Shown: positions 1-10,701 of the stretch, one piece after another
Numbering within the stretch: the first letter of the stretch is position 1
How the letters are laid out: each line of letters opens with the position of its first letter
Assembly: GCA_051252135.1 (NCBI GenBank)
Contig: JBPOGH010000008.1
Location: 172,372 to 236,371, forward strand
Direction of reading: 5' to 3'
DNA: 64,000 nt
Source: Verrucomicrobiaceae bacterium
Lineage (GTDB): Bacteria > Verrucomicrobiota > Verrucomicrobiia > Verrucomicrobiales > Akkermansiaceae
Program-made: the position numbers and the translations under genes
The notes under the pieces: generated by a model
Seen by the model: only the letters and a program-made list of their open reading frames with translations
Told to the model about the DNA's origin: nothing
The model's database searches: none

Positions 1-1065
1 GTCCGCCACGGTCGGCGTGTCGTAAGCTCCATCAATCAACATCGACCGCTCATAGATGTGCGAATGTCCGGTGAAGACGATATCGACTCCTCCCGATTCC
101 AAAATCGGCATAATGTGCTCACGCATTTCGATGAGCTGACCCTCGGTGTCGGAGTCGTGCGAACCCTTAGTGTAGGGCGGGTGGTGGAAGTAGGCGACGA
201 GAAAGTCCGCCTTCGTTTTTTCCAGGTCTGCTTTCAGCCATTGGGCCATCGCTCCGGAGGGACGACGATCAAGGTCGTGTGAATCAAGACAGATGAAATG
301 CACTTTGCCGTAGTCGAAGGAATAATAGGCTTCCTTGCCCGAGGGCACACCGCCGGCCTCAGCCCGGGTGGGGCAGACGTAGGCGTCGTAGTAAGGGCCC
401 ACGCCGCTTTCACCCTTTGAGGTGCGGCCTTCATGATTCCCCATCGCGGCCCAGCAGACCGTGTTGCGGATGGTCGGCTCATACATCTTGAAGAAGCGAT
501 CGCTGAATTCCTGATTCGTTCCGGATCCGTAGGCCATGTCACCTACGTGGATGTAGAGATCAAGTTCGCGGCCCTTCTCCTTATTGTGCTTCACCATGGC
601 ATCATGCACTTTGGCCTGTGCCTCTCCTCCGGTCCCCGAGTCCCCCACGACCCAAAAATAGACCGGCGCGTCTGACCCCGGAACGGGATGGGTTTTGAAG
701 CGGAAGCTTTCGTCTTCCGCCGTGAGGCGATTGTCGCCGTCGAAAATCGCGTAGTAATAAGTCGTGTTAGGCTGCAATCCGCAGATCGAGGCTTCATACT
801 GGCGCGTGCGTTCAAGCGCATCCTTAAAGATTGGCGCTTCGCCGCCGAGTGACGGATGGAGGCGGGTCGCCAGATGGTCGTCGGAGAGGACCTGATCCAG
901 ATTGTCCGGGGAAGTTCCGAAACGAAGCGCGGGGTTGATTTCCTCGTCTGTTCTCCAAACTACCGTCATGGAGGTATCCGTTGCCAGCTGGACATAGGGA
1001 TCGCGTGAAAAGGAAGTTGCAAAACTTACGGAGCTAAAAAGGAGGAAGATGAACAGAAGCTTCAT
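1..1065 (-). CDS. Secreted purple-acid-phosphatase-like metallophosphoesterase (runs off the window start)
   Basis: Not in the ORF track; translated by hand from ATG 1065: signal peptide MKLLFIFLLFSSVSFA, then motifs VGDSG, HVGDMAYG, MGNHE, HHPPY, GHSHIYER; frame stays open to base 1. Confidence 0.9.
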   Translation of the reverse strand, partial: MKLLFIFLLFSSVSFATSFSRDPYVQLATDTSMTVVWRTDEEINPALRFGTSPDNLDQVLSDDHLATRLHPSLGGEAPIFKDALERTRQYEASICGLQPNTTYYYAIFDGDNRLTAEDESFRFKTHPVPGSDAPVYFWVVGDSGTGGEAQAKVHDAMVKHNKEKGRELDLYIHVGDMAYGSGTNQEFSDRFFKMYEPTIRNTVCWAAMGNHEGRTSKGESGVGPYYDAYVCPTRAEAGGVPSGKEAYYSFDYGKVHFICLDSHDLDRRPSGAMAQWLKADLEKTKADFLVAYFHHPPYTKGSHDSDTEGQLIEMREHIMPILESGGVDIVFTGHSHIYERSMLIDGAYDTPTVAD

Positions 1066-1197
1066 GGAAGAGGGGTCATTATCAGTGGGCTGCGCACAAT
1101 GTGCAACTCCTCAGAAACGATCGATTCTTATTGGGTCTATCATGGGCTCTGATTCGCAAGGTTGACCTGCTTCCCGCTCTCCGCTACTTCGGGACCC

Positions 1198-1419
1198 ATG
1201 GATTTCGTATTTCGCCGTTCTCTTTTCCTTGCTCTCGGTCTTGCCACACTTGGGATATCTTCGTGTGGTCTCGTTCGCTCAGCAATCCAAATTCCGGCCC
1301 GGACACTTCAGGGAGTTGGCCGGACCGCCGGTTTCGGACTTGAAGCAACTGAGGTCTCAGAGGGGCGCGCCCGGGAACATGCCCAACCTACTGAGGTGAC
1401 TTTTGTTAAGGTTGATTAA
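1198..1419 (+). CDS. Small lipoprotein
   Basis: MDFVFRRSLFLALGLATLGISSC lipobox-like signal; similar in style to 18269-18457. Confidence 0.65.
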   Translation: MDFVFRRSLFLALGLATLGISSCGLVRSAIQIPARTLQGVGRTAGFGLEATEVSEGRAREHAQPTEVTFVKVD

Positions 1420-1460
1420 ATTCTTATTGTTCTGAAGGATTCATTTGATATCCTTCTCGA

Positions 1461-1928
1461 ATGGTAAGGCCCGGACCTACTCATCGACAAACCCGATTCG
1501 TAAAATGGATGTCGGTTCTCTTCATGGGCCGATTTTTTCTTGGATTGATGCTCATCGGGTCCTGCACCTACGGAATTTTCCATCCCGGGAGTCTTTCGCT
1601 GGCCATCATCAGTGCCGTCTTCCTTCTCAATCTCCTTTTGCTCGGGATCCAGTTGGCTGAAAGTAGCGCCTGCCGCTGCGCCGTCTGCACCACCCCCCTT
1701 TTCCAATCGTCCCGTGGTCGTGGTGGCAAGATCAGCCCGCGCGCCAAGTCACTGGGCGGGAGCCGCCGACTCTATCGAAGCATGTCCATCCTGTTGGGTC
1801 AGCACTACCACTGCAATCACTGCGGAGAAAAGGTGAAATGCGGCCTCACCCGGCCGACGCTGCAACCGATCGGTCGCGTTCAACACTGCGTTACCCTTCC
1901 CCGCGCGCCCGGGCGCCGGGCCAGCTAA
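1461..1928 (+). CDS. Hypothetical membrane protein with Zn-ribbon-like motifs
   Basis: Two hydrophobic segments followed by CAVC and CNHC. Confidence 0.6.
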   Translation: MVRPGPTHRQTRFVKWMSVLFMGRFFLGLMLIGSCTYGIFHPGSLSLAIISAVFLLNLLLLGIQLAESSACRCAVCTTPLFQSSRGRGGKISPRAKSLGGSRRLYRSMSILLGQHYHCNHCGEKVKCGLTRPTLQPIGRVQHCVTLPRAPGRRAS

Positions 1929-2368
1929 GCAGAAGGCGCCTCGATCACCCGCACTCTTCTTCCGTCCCTCTCGTGGCTTAGCTCCAGCCAAAGCGCACCC
2001 TTTGGCAACAGCTCAGGGAATCGACCCGGCCACTCGACAATCACCACTCCCCCACGGTCAAGATAGTCATCCCAGCCGAGTTCCAGGAGCTCATGCTCAT
2101 CCTCGACCCGGTAAAAGTCGAAATGGAACACCTCCAGACTCCCCCCCCGGTACTCTTGAACCAGGGAAAACGTCGGACTGGTTACGGCTTCATGATATCC
2201 CAACCCATTCATCAAGCCCTGGGTGAGGGTCGTTTTTCCCGCTCCCAGATCTCCTACCAGAGCCAGGACATCGCCCGGTCCAAGCAATCCCGAAATCTCC
2301 GCTCCCAGAGCCAGGGTCCCCTCCCTGTCAGGAAGGAATCGCGGTAGCGGAAGAAGCTTGGCATTCAT
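1925..2368 (-). CDS. tsaE: tRNA threonylcarbamoyladenosine biosynthesis ATPase TsaE
   Basis: GDLGAGKTT P-loop, VTSPTF, HFDFYR, VEW; start taken at ATG 2368. Confidence 0.95.
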   Translation of the reverse strand: MNAKLLPLPRFLPDREGTLALGAEISGLLGPGDVLALVGDLGAGKTTLTQGLMNGLGYHEAVTSPTFSLVQEYRGGSLEVFHFDFYRVEDEHELLELGWDDYLDRGGVVIVEWPGRFPELLPKGALWLELSHERDGRRVRVIEAPSA

Positions 2369-2526
2369 GGGCGGGGACATCCAAACGGGCAGGATCGGCA
2401 ATCGACAAGTTTCTTTATCTTCTTTTTGAAAAAAACCTTGCTCTTCACGATGGCATATGGTGAATTCCGCCCCCCTGAAAGCAAGAAGGTTCTTGCTCGC
2501 GGGAAACACTCAAGCACCCATTCCAA

Positions 2527-2841
2527 ATGGCCTACGCAATTTTCAAAACCGGCGGTAAACAGTATCGCGTCTCGGAAGGCGACACCATCAGTGTCGACAA
2601 GCTTCCTGTGGCCGCTGACGACGAAATCAAGTTCAGCGAAGTTCTCCTCATCAATGACGGATCCGACACCAAAGTGGGCGCTCCTGTTGTTGACGGCGCC
2701 GGCGTCACCGCCAAGGTCATCGAGCAGCACCGCGGTAAAAAGGGTGTCGCATTCAAGTTCAAGCGCCGTAAGGGGTACCACAAGACCATCGGCTTCCGCC
2801 ACCACCTCACCAAGCTCCAGATCACCGGGATCGAGGGCTAA
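2527..2841 (+). CDS. rplU: 50S ribosomal protein L21
   Basis: [13 protein letters not shown] ... [15 protein letters not shown]. Confidence 0.98.
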   Translation: MAYAIFKTGGKQYRVSEGDTISVDKLPVAADDEIKFSEVLLINDGSDTKVGAPVVDGAGVTAKVIEQHRGKKGVAFKFKRRKGYHKTIGFRHHLTKLQITGIEG

Positions 2842-2867
2842 ACTCCACTTTCTACCTACTTTTCGTT

Positions 2868-3119
2868 ATGGCTCATAAAAAAGGACAGGGTTCCGTTAAG
2901 AACGGACGCGACTCACGCAGCAAGCGCCTCGGCGTGAAAAAATTCGGTGGCGAATCCGTCATCGCAGGCAACATCCTCATTCGCCAGCGCGGCACCAAGT
3001 GGCATCCGGGTGCCAATGTCGGCATGGGCAAGGATCACACCCTCTTCGCACTGAATGACGGTAGCGTTTTCTTCGACAAGAAGGGCCGCCGCATCAATGT
3101 GGAACTTGCTGAAGCGTAA
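2868..3119 (+). CDS. rpmA: 50S ribosomal protein L27
   Basis: [24 protein letters not shown] ... RQRGTK; directly follows rplU. Confidence 0.98.
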   Translation: MAHKKGQGSVKNGRDSRSKRLGVKKFGGESVIAGNILIRQRGTKWHPGANVGMGKDHTLFALNDGSVFFDKKGRRINVELAEA

Positions 3120-3140
3120 TCCCTCGGGATTTCAATTTTT

Positions 3141-3174
3141 AAAAAAGGCGGACCTTTGTGGTCCGCCTTTTTTT
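3141..3174 (+). terminator. Intrinsic terminator of rplU-rpmA
   Basis: AAAAAAGGCGGACC-tttgt-GGTCCGCCTTTTTTT. Confidence 0.9.
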
Positions 3175-3269
3175 GTGATCGATCCAACGCTTTGATCTGC
3201 TTAGTTTGGTAACCGATCGAACATATGTTTAATAGGACCCCTCGAATCTCAAGTTGATCAGTTTCTATC

Positions 3270-4130
3270 ATGACTCGTTACTTCGCTGCCCTTTTTCTCC
3301 TTGCTGGCCTTTCCACAGAAGCAGCCAGCCTCTCGGATCTCTCCTATCGCACAATCAACGGAGCACTCATCATTACTGACTGTAGTCAGGATGCCGCTGG
3401 AGAATTAATTGTCCCGGCTACCATCGAAGGCAACCCCGTCTCAGCCATTGGTTCCAATGCATTCAGAGAATGCAGGCTCCTGACAAATGTCGTAATTTCA
3501 GATGGGATCACTTCGATCCACAATCACGCCTTCAGAAACTGTCAGGGTCTCAAATCCCTTTCCATTCCAGATAGCGTCGAAGTCATCGGCGACTACGCAT
3601 TTAACTGGTGCGTGGAATTGGAAGAGATCACCTTACCGAACTATCTCACCTCCATTGGTTACTATGTTTTCAATGGGTGCGCGAGTCTCACATCATTAGC
3701 GATTCCTGCCGGAGTGACTTCAATCCAAAGCACAGCATTCATCAATTGCGGGCGGCTTCGGGAACTACGCTTCCTCGGCAATGCTCCGGACAATGTCCCT
3801 TCATCTGCCTTCGCCGAGTTTTCCTCTGAGGCTGTCGCTATTATCTACGATCATGCCAGTGGTTTCAGTGACACCATCGGTGTCCTCCCGGTCATCATCG
3901 AGCCGGCACCAATCGTGCCACCAACTCGTTTCGTTAACGGACGCTTTCTGATCGAAATTGATTTGAACACCATCGAAAGCCTTACCTGCCAATATACAGT
4001 GGATGTTCAAACGTGGACGACTGTTGAGAATACACGAGTGTTCCTGAATCATCTAATCGTCCCCCTCGATTCCCCCGCTCTCTCCGGTAAGGCCGGGCTC
4101 TTCCGCTTCGTTCCTAAGGATTCTCCTTAG
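3270..4130 (+). CDS. Secreted BspA-type leucine-rich repeat protein
   Basis: Signal peptide; repeats of IPxxVTSIGxxAFxxCxxL. Confidence 0.9.
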   Translation: MTRYFAALFLLAGLSTEAASLSDLSYRTINGALIITDCSQDAAGELIVPATIEGNPVSAIGSNAFRECRLLTNVVISDGITSIHNHAFRNCQGLKSLSIPDSVEVIGDYAFNWCVELEEITLPNYLTSIGYYVFNGCASLTSLAIPAGVTSIQSTAFINCGRLRELRFLGNAPDNVPSSAFAEFSSEAVAIIYDHASGFSDTIGVLPVIIEPAPIVPPTRFVNGRFLIEIDLNTIESLTCQYTVDVQTWTTVENTRVFLNHLIVPLDSPALSGKAGLFRFVPKDSP

Positions 4131-4193
4131 GGCTGTGATGCCGACTCCCTTTTGTCCGCCTAGTTCTACTTAGTTAGATTTTGTCAGCCCGTC

Positions 4194-4607
4194 TTACTTC
4201 CCAGCCACAAACCCTCCAAAATCGTTTTCACAGAGAAACGTGTCGGTTTGTTTTTTATACTCCTGGATCTGATTGTGAAGGGGACAGGGAATGTCGTTGG
4301 GGCAATACCCTTCACCCAAAGGACACATCACATCATTATTCTGTAGCTCAAAACAGCTAACGACATCCATGAGCCGAATTTTAGCCGGGTCCCTCACCAA
4401 GATATAGCCGCCACCCGGCCCTTTGGTTCCCTTCATAAATCCGGATCCGGACAGAGTGGTCAGGATCTTTGCGGTGAGCGCCTTGGAAATTCTCCGGGCA
4501 TCGGCAGCTTGCCGGGATGTGACCGGGCCCGTGCCATCCCGATAGCATTCCGCCAGGTAACTGACGATCGCGATCGCGTTTTGAGCGGTTTTTCCTATCT
4601 GCAACAT
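4194..4607 (-). CDS. Rrf2 family transcriptional regulator, probably Fe-S binding
   Basis: wHTH with GTKGPGGGY; C-terminal CPLGEGYCPNDIPCPLH; divergent from nirK. Confidence 0.9.
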   Translation of the reverse strand: MLQIGKTAQNAIAIVSYLAECYRDGTGPVTSRQAADARRISKALTAKILTTLSGSGFMKGTKGPGGGYILVRDPAKIRLMDVVSCFELQNNDVMCPLGEGYCPNDIPCPLHNQIQEYKKQTDTFLCENDFGGFVAGK

Positions 4608-4694
4608 GGATCCGATTCACTTCCTTGGGGAATTGCCCTCCAGCCTATGCTATGGGCCAATGCCCATTAAGCCAATAAATTCCTCCTCATGCTT

Positions 4695-4718
4695 ATAAAA
4701 GAAAGAAAGTTCTTTTAT
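4695..4718. promoter_or_regulatory. Inverted repeat, candidate Rrf2 operator
   Basis: ATAAAAGAA-agaaag-TTCTTTTAT, a perfect 9-6-9 inverted repeat between rrf2 and nirK. Confidence 0.6.
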
Positions 4719-4763
4719 TATTTTGTTTGGTGTTTACGATGAATGCGAAAATCACCACCAACG

Positions 4764-6293
4764 ATGAACAAATACCACTATCTCTCCCTCGCGATGGCAG
4801 CCGTGAGCGCGTCGGCCCTCCCCTCCTGCCGTCCCTCGGACCAAGCCGCTGATTCGAAAAATTCAGACCAAACGGCTCCTATCGGTCAATCAGTTCCCGA
4901 TGTTGCCGCGATCCTCTCCGAGGAACTCAAAGGCGAAGAAATCGCCATCCTCACCGATGCCCCCAATGTGCCACCCCAGATTACCCGCACACACCGCACC
5001 AAGGTCATCGTCAATCTCGAGGTCAAGGAAGTCGTAAAGCCCATGGCTGATGGGGTGGATTACACCTTCTGGACCTTTGGCGGCAGTGTTCCCGGTAAAT
5101 TCATCCGCGTGCGCGAGGGCGACTTCGTCGAGTTCCACCTCGCCAACCACCCGAGCAGCAAGATGCCTCACAACATCGACCTACACGCCGTCACCGGCCC
5201 CGGAGGTGGCGCTGCTGCGTCCTTCACCACCCCCGGTCATGAATCGGTCTTTTCCTTCACCGCACTCAACCCCGGCATCTATGTTTACCACTGTGCCACC
5301 GCACCTGTCGGCATGCACATCGCCAATGGCATGTATGGTCTCATCCTCGTCGAGCCCAAGGAAGGGATGCCCAAGGTCGATAAGGAATTCTACGTCATGC
5401 AGGGCGATTTCTACACCAAGGGGAAATACGGCGAAGCCGGACTCCAGCCCTTCAGCATGGAAAAAGCAATCAGGGAAGATGCCGATTACGTGGTCTTCAA
5501 TGGCTCCGTCGGTGCCCTCACCGGTGACAATGCCCTCCAGGCCGATGTCGGTGACTCTGTCCGCCTCTTTGTCGGAAACGGTGGACCGAACCTGGTGTCC
5601 TCCTTCCACGTCATTGGAGAAATTTTTGACAAAGTCTTCACCGAAGGTGGCTGGGGATCGCCCAACACCAATGTCCAAACCACACTTGTGCCTGCCGGTG
5701 GTAGCGCCATGTGCGAATTCACTCTCGATACCGAGGGCACCTTCATCCTCGTCGATCACTCGATCTTCCGCGCCTTCAACAAGGGCGCCATCGGCATGCT
5801 TAAAGCAGGCGGTGGCGACCCCACCCAAAACGAGCTCGTCTACTCGGGTAAGACCGATGATCGCATCTACCTTCCCGAAGGGGGTGCCATTCAGGAAATG
5901 CCCGGCGATGGGCAGGCCCAGACTCCTGCTGCCAATAAGGCCGAGCGCATTGCCCGCGGCAAAATGAAATACACCGCGGTCTGCATGGCCTGCCACCAGG
6001 CCAACGGAGCCGGCGTCCCCGCCGCCTTTCCTCCGCTGGCCAAAGCGGACTACCTCAATGCCGACAAAGACCGCGCCATCAGCACCGTCATCCACGGACT
6101 CTCCGGTGAGATTGTCGTCAATGGCGAAAAATACAACAGCATCATGCCTTCGCTTGGCCTCAACGACGAAGACGTCGCCAACGTCCTGACCTACGTCTAC
6201 AGCGAATGGGAAAACAACGGGTCCGAAGTCACCCCCGCCGAAGTGGCTGCCGTCCGCGCCAAAGGAGGAAAAGCTGTTGATGGCGGACACTAA
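4764..6293 (+). CDS. nirK: Copper nitrite reductase (lipoprotein) fused to a C-terminal cytochrome c
   Basis: Lipobox LPSC; HNIDLH, YHC..HIANGM, SSFHVIG, VDHS copper motifs; CMACH heme motif; alternative start 4743. Confidence 0.95.
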   Translation: MNKYHYLSLAMAAVSASALPSCRPSDQAADSKNSDQTAPIGQSVPDVAAILSEELKGEEIAILTDAPNVPPQITRTHRTKVIVNLEVKEVVKPMADGVDYTFWTFGGSVPGKFIRVREGDFVEFHLANHPSSKMPHNIDLHAVTGPGGGAAASFTTPGHESVFSFTALNPGIYVYHCATAPVGMHIANGMYGLILVEPKEGMPKVDKEFYVMQGDFYTKGKYGEAGLQPFSMEKAIREDADYVVFNGSVGALTGDNALQADVGDSVRLFVGNGGPNLVSSFHVIGEIFDKVFTEGGWGSPNTNVQTTLVPAGGSAMCEFTLDTEGTFILVDHSIFRAFNKGAIGMLKAGGGDPTQNELVYSGKTDDRIYLPEGGAIQEMPGDGQAQTPAANKAERIARGKMKYTAVCMACHQANGAGVPAAFPPLAKADYLNADKDRAISTVIHGLSGEIVVNGEKYNSIMPSLGLNDEDVANVLTYVYSEWENNGSEVTPAEVAAVRAKGGKAVDGGH

Positions 6294-6314
6294 CCGTCCC
6301 GATTCGATTGTCTC

Positions 6315-7118
6315 ATGATCTCTCTCCGCGCCAGCGCCTTCGCGTTCATTACATGCCTTCGATTATCGATGGCAGCGGAAGAGAGTGGGACCGAAGCAAC
6401 CTTGGTGTCCGTTCCGGCGGGCACCTACATCCCCCTTTACACCGTCGATAAAACACCCCGGAAGGTCGCAGCTTTTCGGGTCGATATTTGCCCCGTGTCC
6501 AAGCGCGAGTTCCGCGACTTCGTCATCAAAAACCCGCGCTGGCAGCGCTCTAAAATTGCCAAACTCTTCGCTGACAAATCCTACCTCAGCGATTGGAAAA
6601 GTGATACCGACCCCGGCCCCGACCTCGACTCGCCGGTCACCTATGTTTCCTGGTTCGCCGCCCGGGCCTACGCCAAGGAACACGGCAAGCGACTCCCCAC
6701 CGTCGATGAATGGGAATACGTCGCCCAAGCCGATGCCACCCAGGCCAATGCCACCGGTGACGATGCCTACACCGAGAACATCCTCGCCTGGTATGCGGCC
6801 CGACCCGTTTCTCCCCTTCCCGATCCCCGCTCATTCCCCAAAAACTTCCACGGAATCAAAGCCCTCCACGGCTTGATCTGGGAGTGGAACGAAGATTTCA
6901 ACAACGCCATGGTCACCGGTGAATCGCGCGGCGACACCGGCATCGAGCGCAATCTTTTCTGCGCCGGCGGCGCCCTCAGCGCGACCGATGTCCGGAACTA
7001 CGCCGCCTTCATGCGCTACGCCTTCCGCTCCAGCCTCAAAGGGAGCTACACCACGGCCAACCTCGGCTTCCGCTGCGCCGCTTCACCTTTAAAAAGCACT
7101 CCCCAGTCATCCAGATGA
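6315..7118 (+). CDS. FGE-sulfatase domain protein, NirV-like
   Basis: PVTYVSW, KRLPTVDEWEY, WEW, NLGFRC; directly downstream of nirK. Confidence 0.85.
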   Translation: MISLRASAFAFITCLRLSMAAEESGTEATLVSVPAGTYIPLYTVDKTPRKVAAFRVDICPVSKREFRDFVIKNPRWQRSKIAKLFADKSYLSDWKSDTDPGPDLDSPVTYVSWFAARAYAKEHGKRLPTVDEWEYVAQADATQANATGDDAYTENILAWYAARPVSPLPDPRSFPKNFHGIKALHGLIWEWNEDFNNAMVTGESRGDTGIERNLFCAGGALSATDVRNYAAFMRYAFRSSLKGSYTTANLGFRCAASPLKSTPQSSR

Positions 7119-7738
7119 AGTACCCCCTCTTTCTTTCAGCCCTGTTCTTGTTCGCTTCCTGCAAACAAGAGCCCCCGGTTTCCGCCACCCCTGATACCGA
7201 GTCCGCAACTTGTTGCGAGGGCGAAGAAGCTCCGGGTGCCCTCGAAGCAGTCGAAGGTTCCATTTATCAACTCGAATCCAAATGGACCGACGACCAAGGA
7301 AAGGTGATACCACTCGCAAGCCTCGCCGGAAATATCCGCGTCGTGTGCATGGGCTACACCACCTGCCAGTATGCCTGCCCCCGTCTCCTCGCCGATCTGC
7401 GAGCCATCGAAGGAAAACTCTCCCCCGAACTTCTCGATAAGACCCGCTTCACCTTCATCTCCATTGATCCTGAGGCCGACACCCCGGCACGCCTCGCCGA
7501 GTATCGTAAAGAGAGTCAAATCGATCCCGAACATTGGACCCTGCTCACGGGCGACGCCGATGCGGTGCAGGAACTGGCCGTCGTTCTGGGCATCCAGTAT
7601 CGCAAGACCGGAGAAGCAGATTTTGCCCACTCCAACGTCATCACCGTTCTCGATTCCCAAGGCGTCATTCTCCACCGCCAGGAAGGCCTCTCCGCCGATC
7701 CCACCGAGACCCTCAAGGCCATCGCGGCCGCCCGATAA
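7115..7738 (+). CDS. SCO/SenC family copper chaperone lipoprotein
   Basis: Lipobox FASC; CQYACP (CxxxC), ISIDPEAD, conserved His in FAHS. Confidence 0.92.
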   Translation: MKYPLFLSALFLFASCKQEPPVSATPDTESATCCEGEEAPGALEAVEGSIYQLESKWTDDQGKVIPLASLAGNIRVVCMGYTTCQYACPRLLADLRAIEGKLSPELLDKTRFTFISIDPEADTPARLAEYRKESQIDPEHWTLLTGDADAVQELAVVLGIQYRKTGEADFAHSNVITVLDSQGVILHRQEGLSADPTETLKAIAAAR

Positions 7739-7895
7739 TCGACATTGAGGACCCGTACACCATATCTTTGATAGGTTTCTAGGTTTACCTCCCTTATACG
7801 GGGTACTGCTATTTGCAGAAGATCATCGTGATCTTCCCCTTGCAGCGTCTCGACCAAGTCTTCAGGCTGGTCGCACCTGATCTCCCCTACCCCGA

Positions 7896-8345
7896 ATGAA
7901 TATCGTTCTTGTCGCCCCTGAGATTCCCCACAATGCCGGTGCTGCCGGAAGGCTCGCCTTGGCCACCGGCTCGACTCTCCATCTCGTCGAACCGCTCGGA
8001 TTTCTCCTCGATGACAAATCCGTCCGTCGGGCGGGATTGGACTACTGGAAGGAAGTTGATCTCCGGGTCTGGCCCTCGTTTGATGCCCTCATGAAAGAAC
8101 ATCCCGAGGCCCGATTTTGGATGCTCAGCACCAAGGCCAAACGCACCATCTGGGAGGCTGAGTTTGAGGCTGGTGATTTCCTCGTCTTTGGCCGCGAATC
8201 CAAGGGGCTTCCGGAAGAATGGGCTCGCGGTCCCCAAGGGCTGCGAATCCCGATGACTCCCGGCGGGACCCGCTCTTTGAACCTGGCTACTTCGATTGGG
8301 ATTGTTCTCTACGAGGCCTGCCGCCAGGTCGGCAACCTGGATTAA
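7896..8345 (+). CDS. trmL: tRNA (cytidine(34)-2'-O)-methyltransferase TrmL
   Basis: [33 protein letters not shown] motifs. Confidence 0.93.
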   Translation: MNIVLVAPEIPHNAGAAGRLALATGSTLHLVEPLGFLLDDKSVRRAGLDYWKEVDLRVWPSFDALMKEHPEARFWMLSTKAKRTIWEAEFEAGDFLVFGRESKGLPEEWARGPQGLRIPMTPGGTRSLNLATSIGIVLYEACRQVGNLD

Positions 8346-10204
8346 CTCCCCTCGTATTTTCGAAGGTAAATCACCAGCAGACTCATATCAGCCGGAGTGA
8401 TGCCGCTAATTCGTGAGGCCTGGCCTAGAGTCCGCGGTCGCACTGAAGTGAATTTTTGACGGGCCTCGTTCTTCATTCCCTTAATGATGGAGTAGTCGAG
8501 GTCGGCCGGGATCAGCGCAGATTCTTGCTTCTGCATCCGTTCCACCTCCATTCGCTGGCGGTCAATGTGGCCTTCATACTTGAAATCGGATTCAAGAATG
8601 GGCCAAAGTTCCACGTGGAACTTGGCAAGGATGGTTTCAGGAAGCTGGTCCCAGGAATTCCCCCCTCGTCGGAACCAATGGTCCAACTTAATTCCCTCAT
8701 GGCTGGTCGCCCGGATCATGCCCCGCGCTTCATCCAGCTGGGAAAGCTTATCAGCAAACAAGGTCGCCTTTCTTCCGGAGATCAAGCCAAGCTTCGATGC
8801 CACAGGAGTGAGTCGCTCATCGGCGTTATCCTGTCGGAGAAGGAGTCGATATTCGGCACGGCTGGTGAACATGCGGTAAGGTTCGGTGCAGCCTTTGGTG
8901 ACCAGGTCATCGATCATGACCCCAAGATAGGCCTCCTCCCGCCCCAAAATGAGTGGATCGTTGCCAGCCACTTTGAGGGCGGCGTTGGCTCCAGCCAGGA
9001 GGCCCTGTCCGGCGGCTTCCTCGTAACCGGAGGTGCCATTGATCTGACCCGCGAAATAGAGCCCCTCGACCCGCTGGGTTTCGAGGGTGGGATGAAGCTG
9101 GGTGGGCGGGCAGTAGTCGTATTCCACGGCATACCCGGGGCGGATCATCTCGCAACTCTCCAAGCCTTCGATGCTCCGAAGAAAATCCAGCTGAACATCG
9201 TACGGTAAGGAGGTGGAGACCCCGTTGACATAGTATTCCAAGGTGTGGCGGCCCTCAGGTTCCAGGAAGACCTGGTGGCGTTCCTTTTCGGCAAACTTGA
9301 CCACCTTGTCTTCAATGGAAGGACAATACCGTGGTCCAACGCCTTCAATTTTACCCGAATACATGGGTGATTGGTGGATGTTATCCCGGATGACATCGTG
9401 GGTTCCGGGGTTTGTCCAGGTCATCCAGCAAGGCACCTGTTCCACGTGGAACTTCTCATCCTTCCAACTATTCAAGGTAAAGAGATCATCTCGTTCCTTC
9501 TCCATGAGCTGGGGAAAGTAACTAAACAAGGGAAGGGGAGTGTCGCCGTCCTGACGCTCACATTTCGAGAAATCGATGCTTCGACCATTGAGTCGGCAGG
9601 GGGTGCCGGTCTTGAAACGCTCGATCTCGAAGCCCAGTTCCTTCAGCGATGCGGACACGGTCGAAGTGGCATCACCCATACGCCCCCCCTTTTCGTTCTT
9701 CATTCCGACATGCATCAGTCCGCGCATGAAGGTTCCCGCGGAAAGGATGACCGACTTCGCTGCGATCTCCATCTGCAAAGAGGTTTGAACCCCCTGAACC
9801 CGGTCATTCTTTACCAGAATGGTGGCGACATTTCCCTGGTGGAGGTCCACTCCGGGAGCGCCCTCGAGGACGCGTTTCATCCGAAACTGGTAGGCTTTCT
9901 TATCGCATTGCGCGCGGGGTGCCCGGACCGAGGGTCCTTTTGCGGCATTCAGCATGCGCCATTGGATGGCGGTGGCGTCGGTATTCTCCGCCATGATGCC
10001 ACCCAGCGCATCGATCTCGCGCACCATGTGCCCCTTCGCCAACCCTCCGATCGCCGGGTTGCAACTCATCTGGCCAATGGTGTCGAGATTCTGGGTGAGG
10101 ACGGCCACGCTGGCACCGAGGCGGGCAGCGGCGAGGGCAGCTTCAACTCCGGCATGGCCGGCGCCGATGACGAGGACGTCGTAATGTTTTGGGTAGCGAT
10201 ACAT
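8342..10204 (-). CDS. mnmG: tRNA U34 modification enzyme MnmG (GidA)
   Basis: [44 protein letters not shown]. Confidence 0.98.
   Translation of the reverse strand: MYRYPKHYDVLVIGAGHAGVEAALAAARLGASVAVLTQNLDTIGQMSCNPAIGGLAKGHMVREIDALGGIMAENTDATAIQWRMLNAAKGPSVRAPRAQCDKKAYQFRMKRVLEGAPGVDLHQGNVATILVKNDRVQGVQTSLQMEIAAKSVILSAGTFMRGLMHVGMKNEKGGRMGDATSTVSASLKELGFEIERFKTGTPCRLNGRSIDFSKCERQDGDTPLPLFSYFPQLMEKERDDLFTLNSWKDEKFHVEQVPCWMTWTNPGTHDVIRDNIHQSPMYSGKIEGVGPRYCPSIEDKVVKFAEKERHQVFLEPEGRHTLEYYVNGVSTSLPYDVQLDFLRSIEGLESCEMIRPGYAVEYDYCPPTQLHPTLETQRVEGLYFAGQINGTSGYEEAAGQGLLAGANAALKVAGNDPLILGREEAYLGVMIDDLVTKGCTEPYRMFTSRAEYRLLLRQDNADERLTPVASKLGLISGRKATLFADKLSQLDEARGMIRATSHEGIKLDHWFRRGGNSWDQLPETILAKFHVELWPILESDFKYEGHIDRQRMEVERMQKQESALIPADLDYSIIKGMKNEARQKFTSVRPRTLGQASRISGITPADMSLLVIYLRKYEGS
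8607..8622. promoter_or_regulatory. parS-like palindrome inside mnmG
   Basis: AGTTCCACGTGGAACT (perfect palindrome extends 8606-8623); close to the known parS sequence TGTTCCACGTGGAACA. Confidence 0.75.
9438..9453. promoter_or_regulatory. parS-like palindrome inside mnmG
   Basis: TGTTCCACGTGGAACT. Confidence 0.8.
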
Positions 10205-10583
10205 CGAGGGGAGGGGACTCTAATCGAGTGATTCGGGAATGACAAGAAGGGTGAGCGGGCCCTCATTTCACTCTTCTTCGACTCAAAAAGGGCCGATTTG
10301 GCTAAAAACAGCCCTCAAACTCCCTCCGGAGGGATTCGGAGCAAAAAGGGCCGATTTTACCCTCTTTTCTGGAATCCCCGTAACTCACTCCAAAAGAATC
10401 CTTTTTCTCAAAATGACCCTCAATTTAAGGCCCTGAGAATCGCTTCTACAAAACAGCCCTGTCCCAGTGGACAGGCTGGAGAAATACCAAAACCGCAATT
10501 TTCACGCCGGGCAAACCGAACTCCTCCGGAGCTATTTTTCTCGTACGAGATTTTTCGTACGTCGTCAAAACCGGGCAATCCGT

Positions 10584-10621
10584 AAAATACAACAGCGGTT
10601 CATCCAAAGGACGAACCGCTG
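10584..10621 (-). terminator. Probable terminator of 10702-11061
   Basis: Stem CAGCGGTTC/GAACCGCTG followed on the minus strand by TTGTATTTT. Confidence 0.55.
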
Positions 10622-10701
10622 CTGAGCACACACGCAACAACAAACTATGTTGTATTACACTGATAGTAACGTTCGAGCGTCACCGATTTGTTCAAAAAAG
10701 T

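Noticed and set aside
6315..7118. Formylglycine-generating enzyme serving the two sulfatases
   Set aside because: Lacks the catalytic Cys pair of true FGE, and its position after nirK fits a NirV-like role
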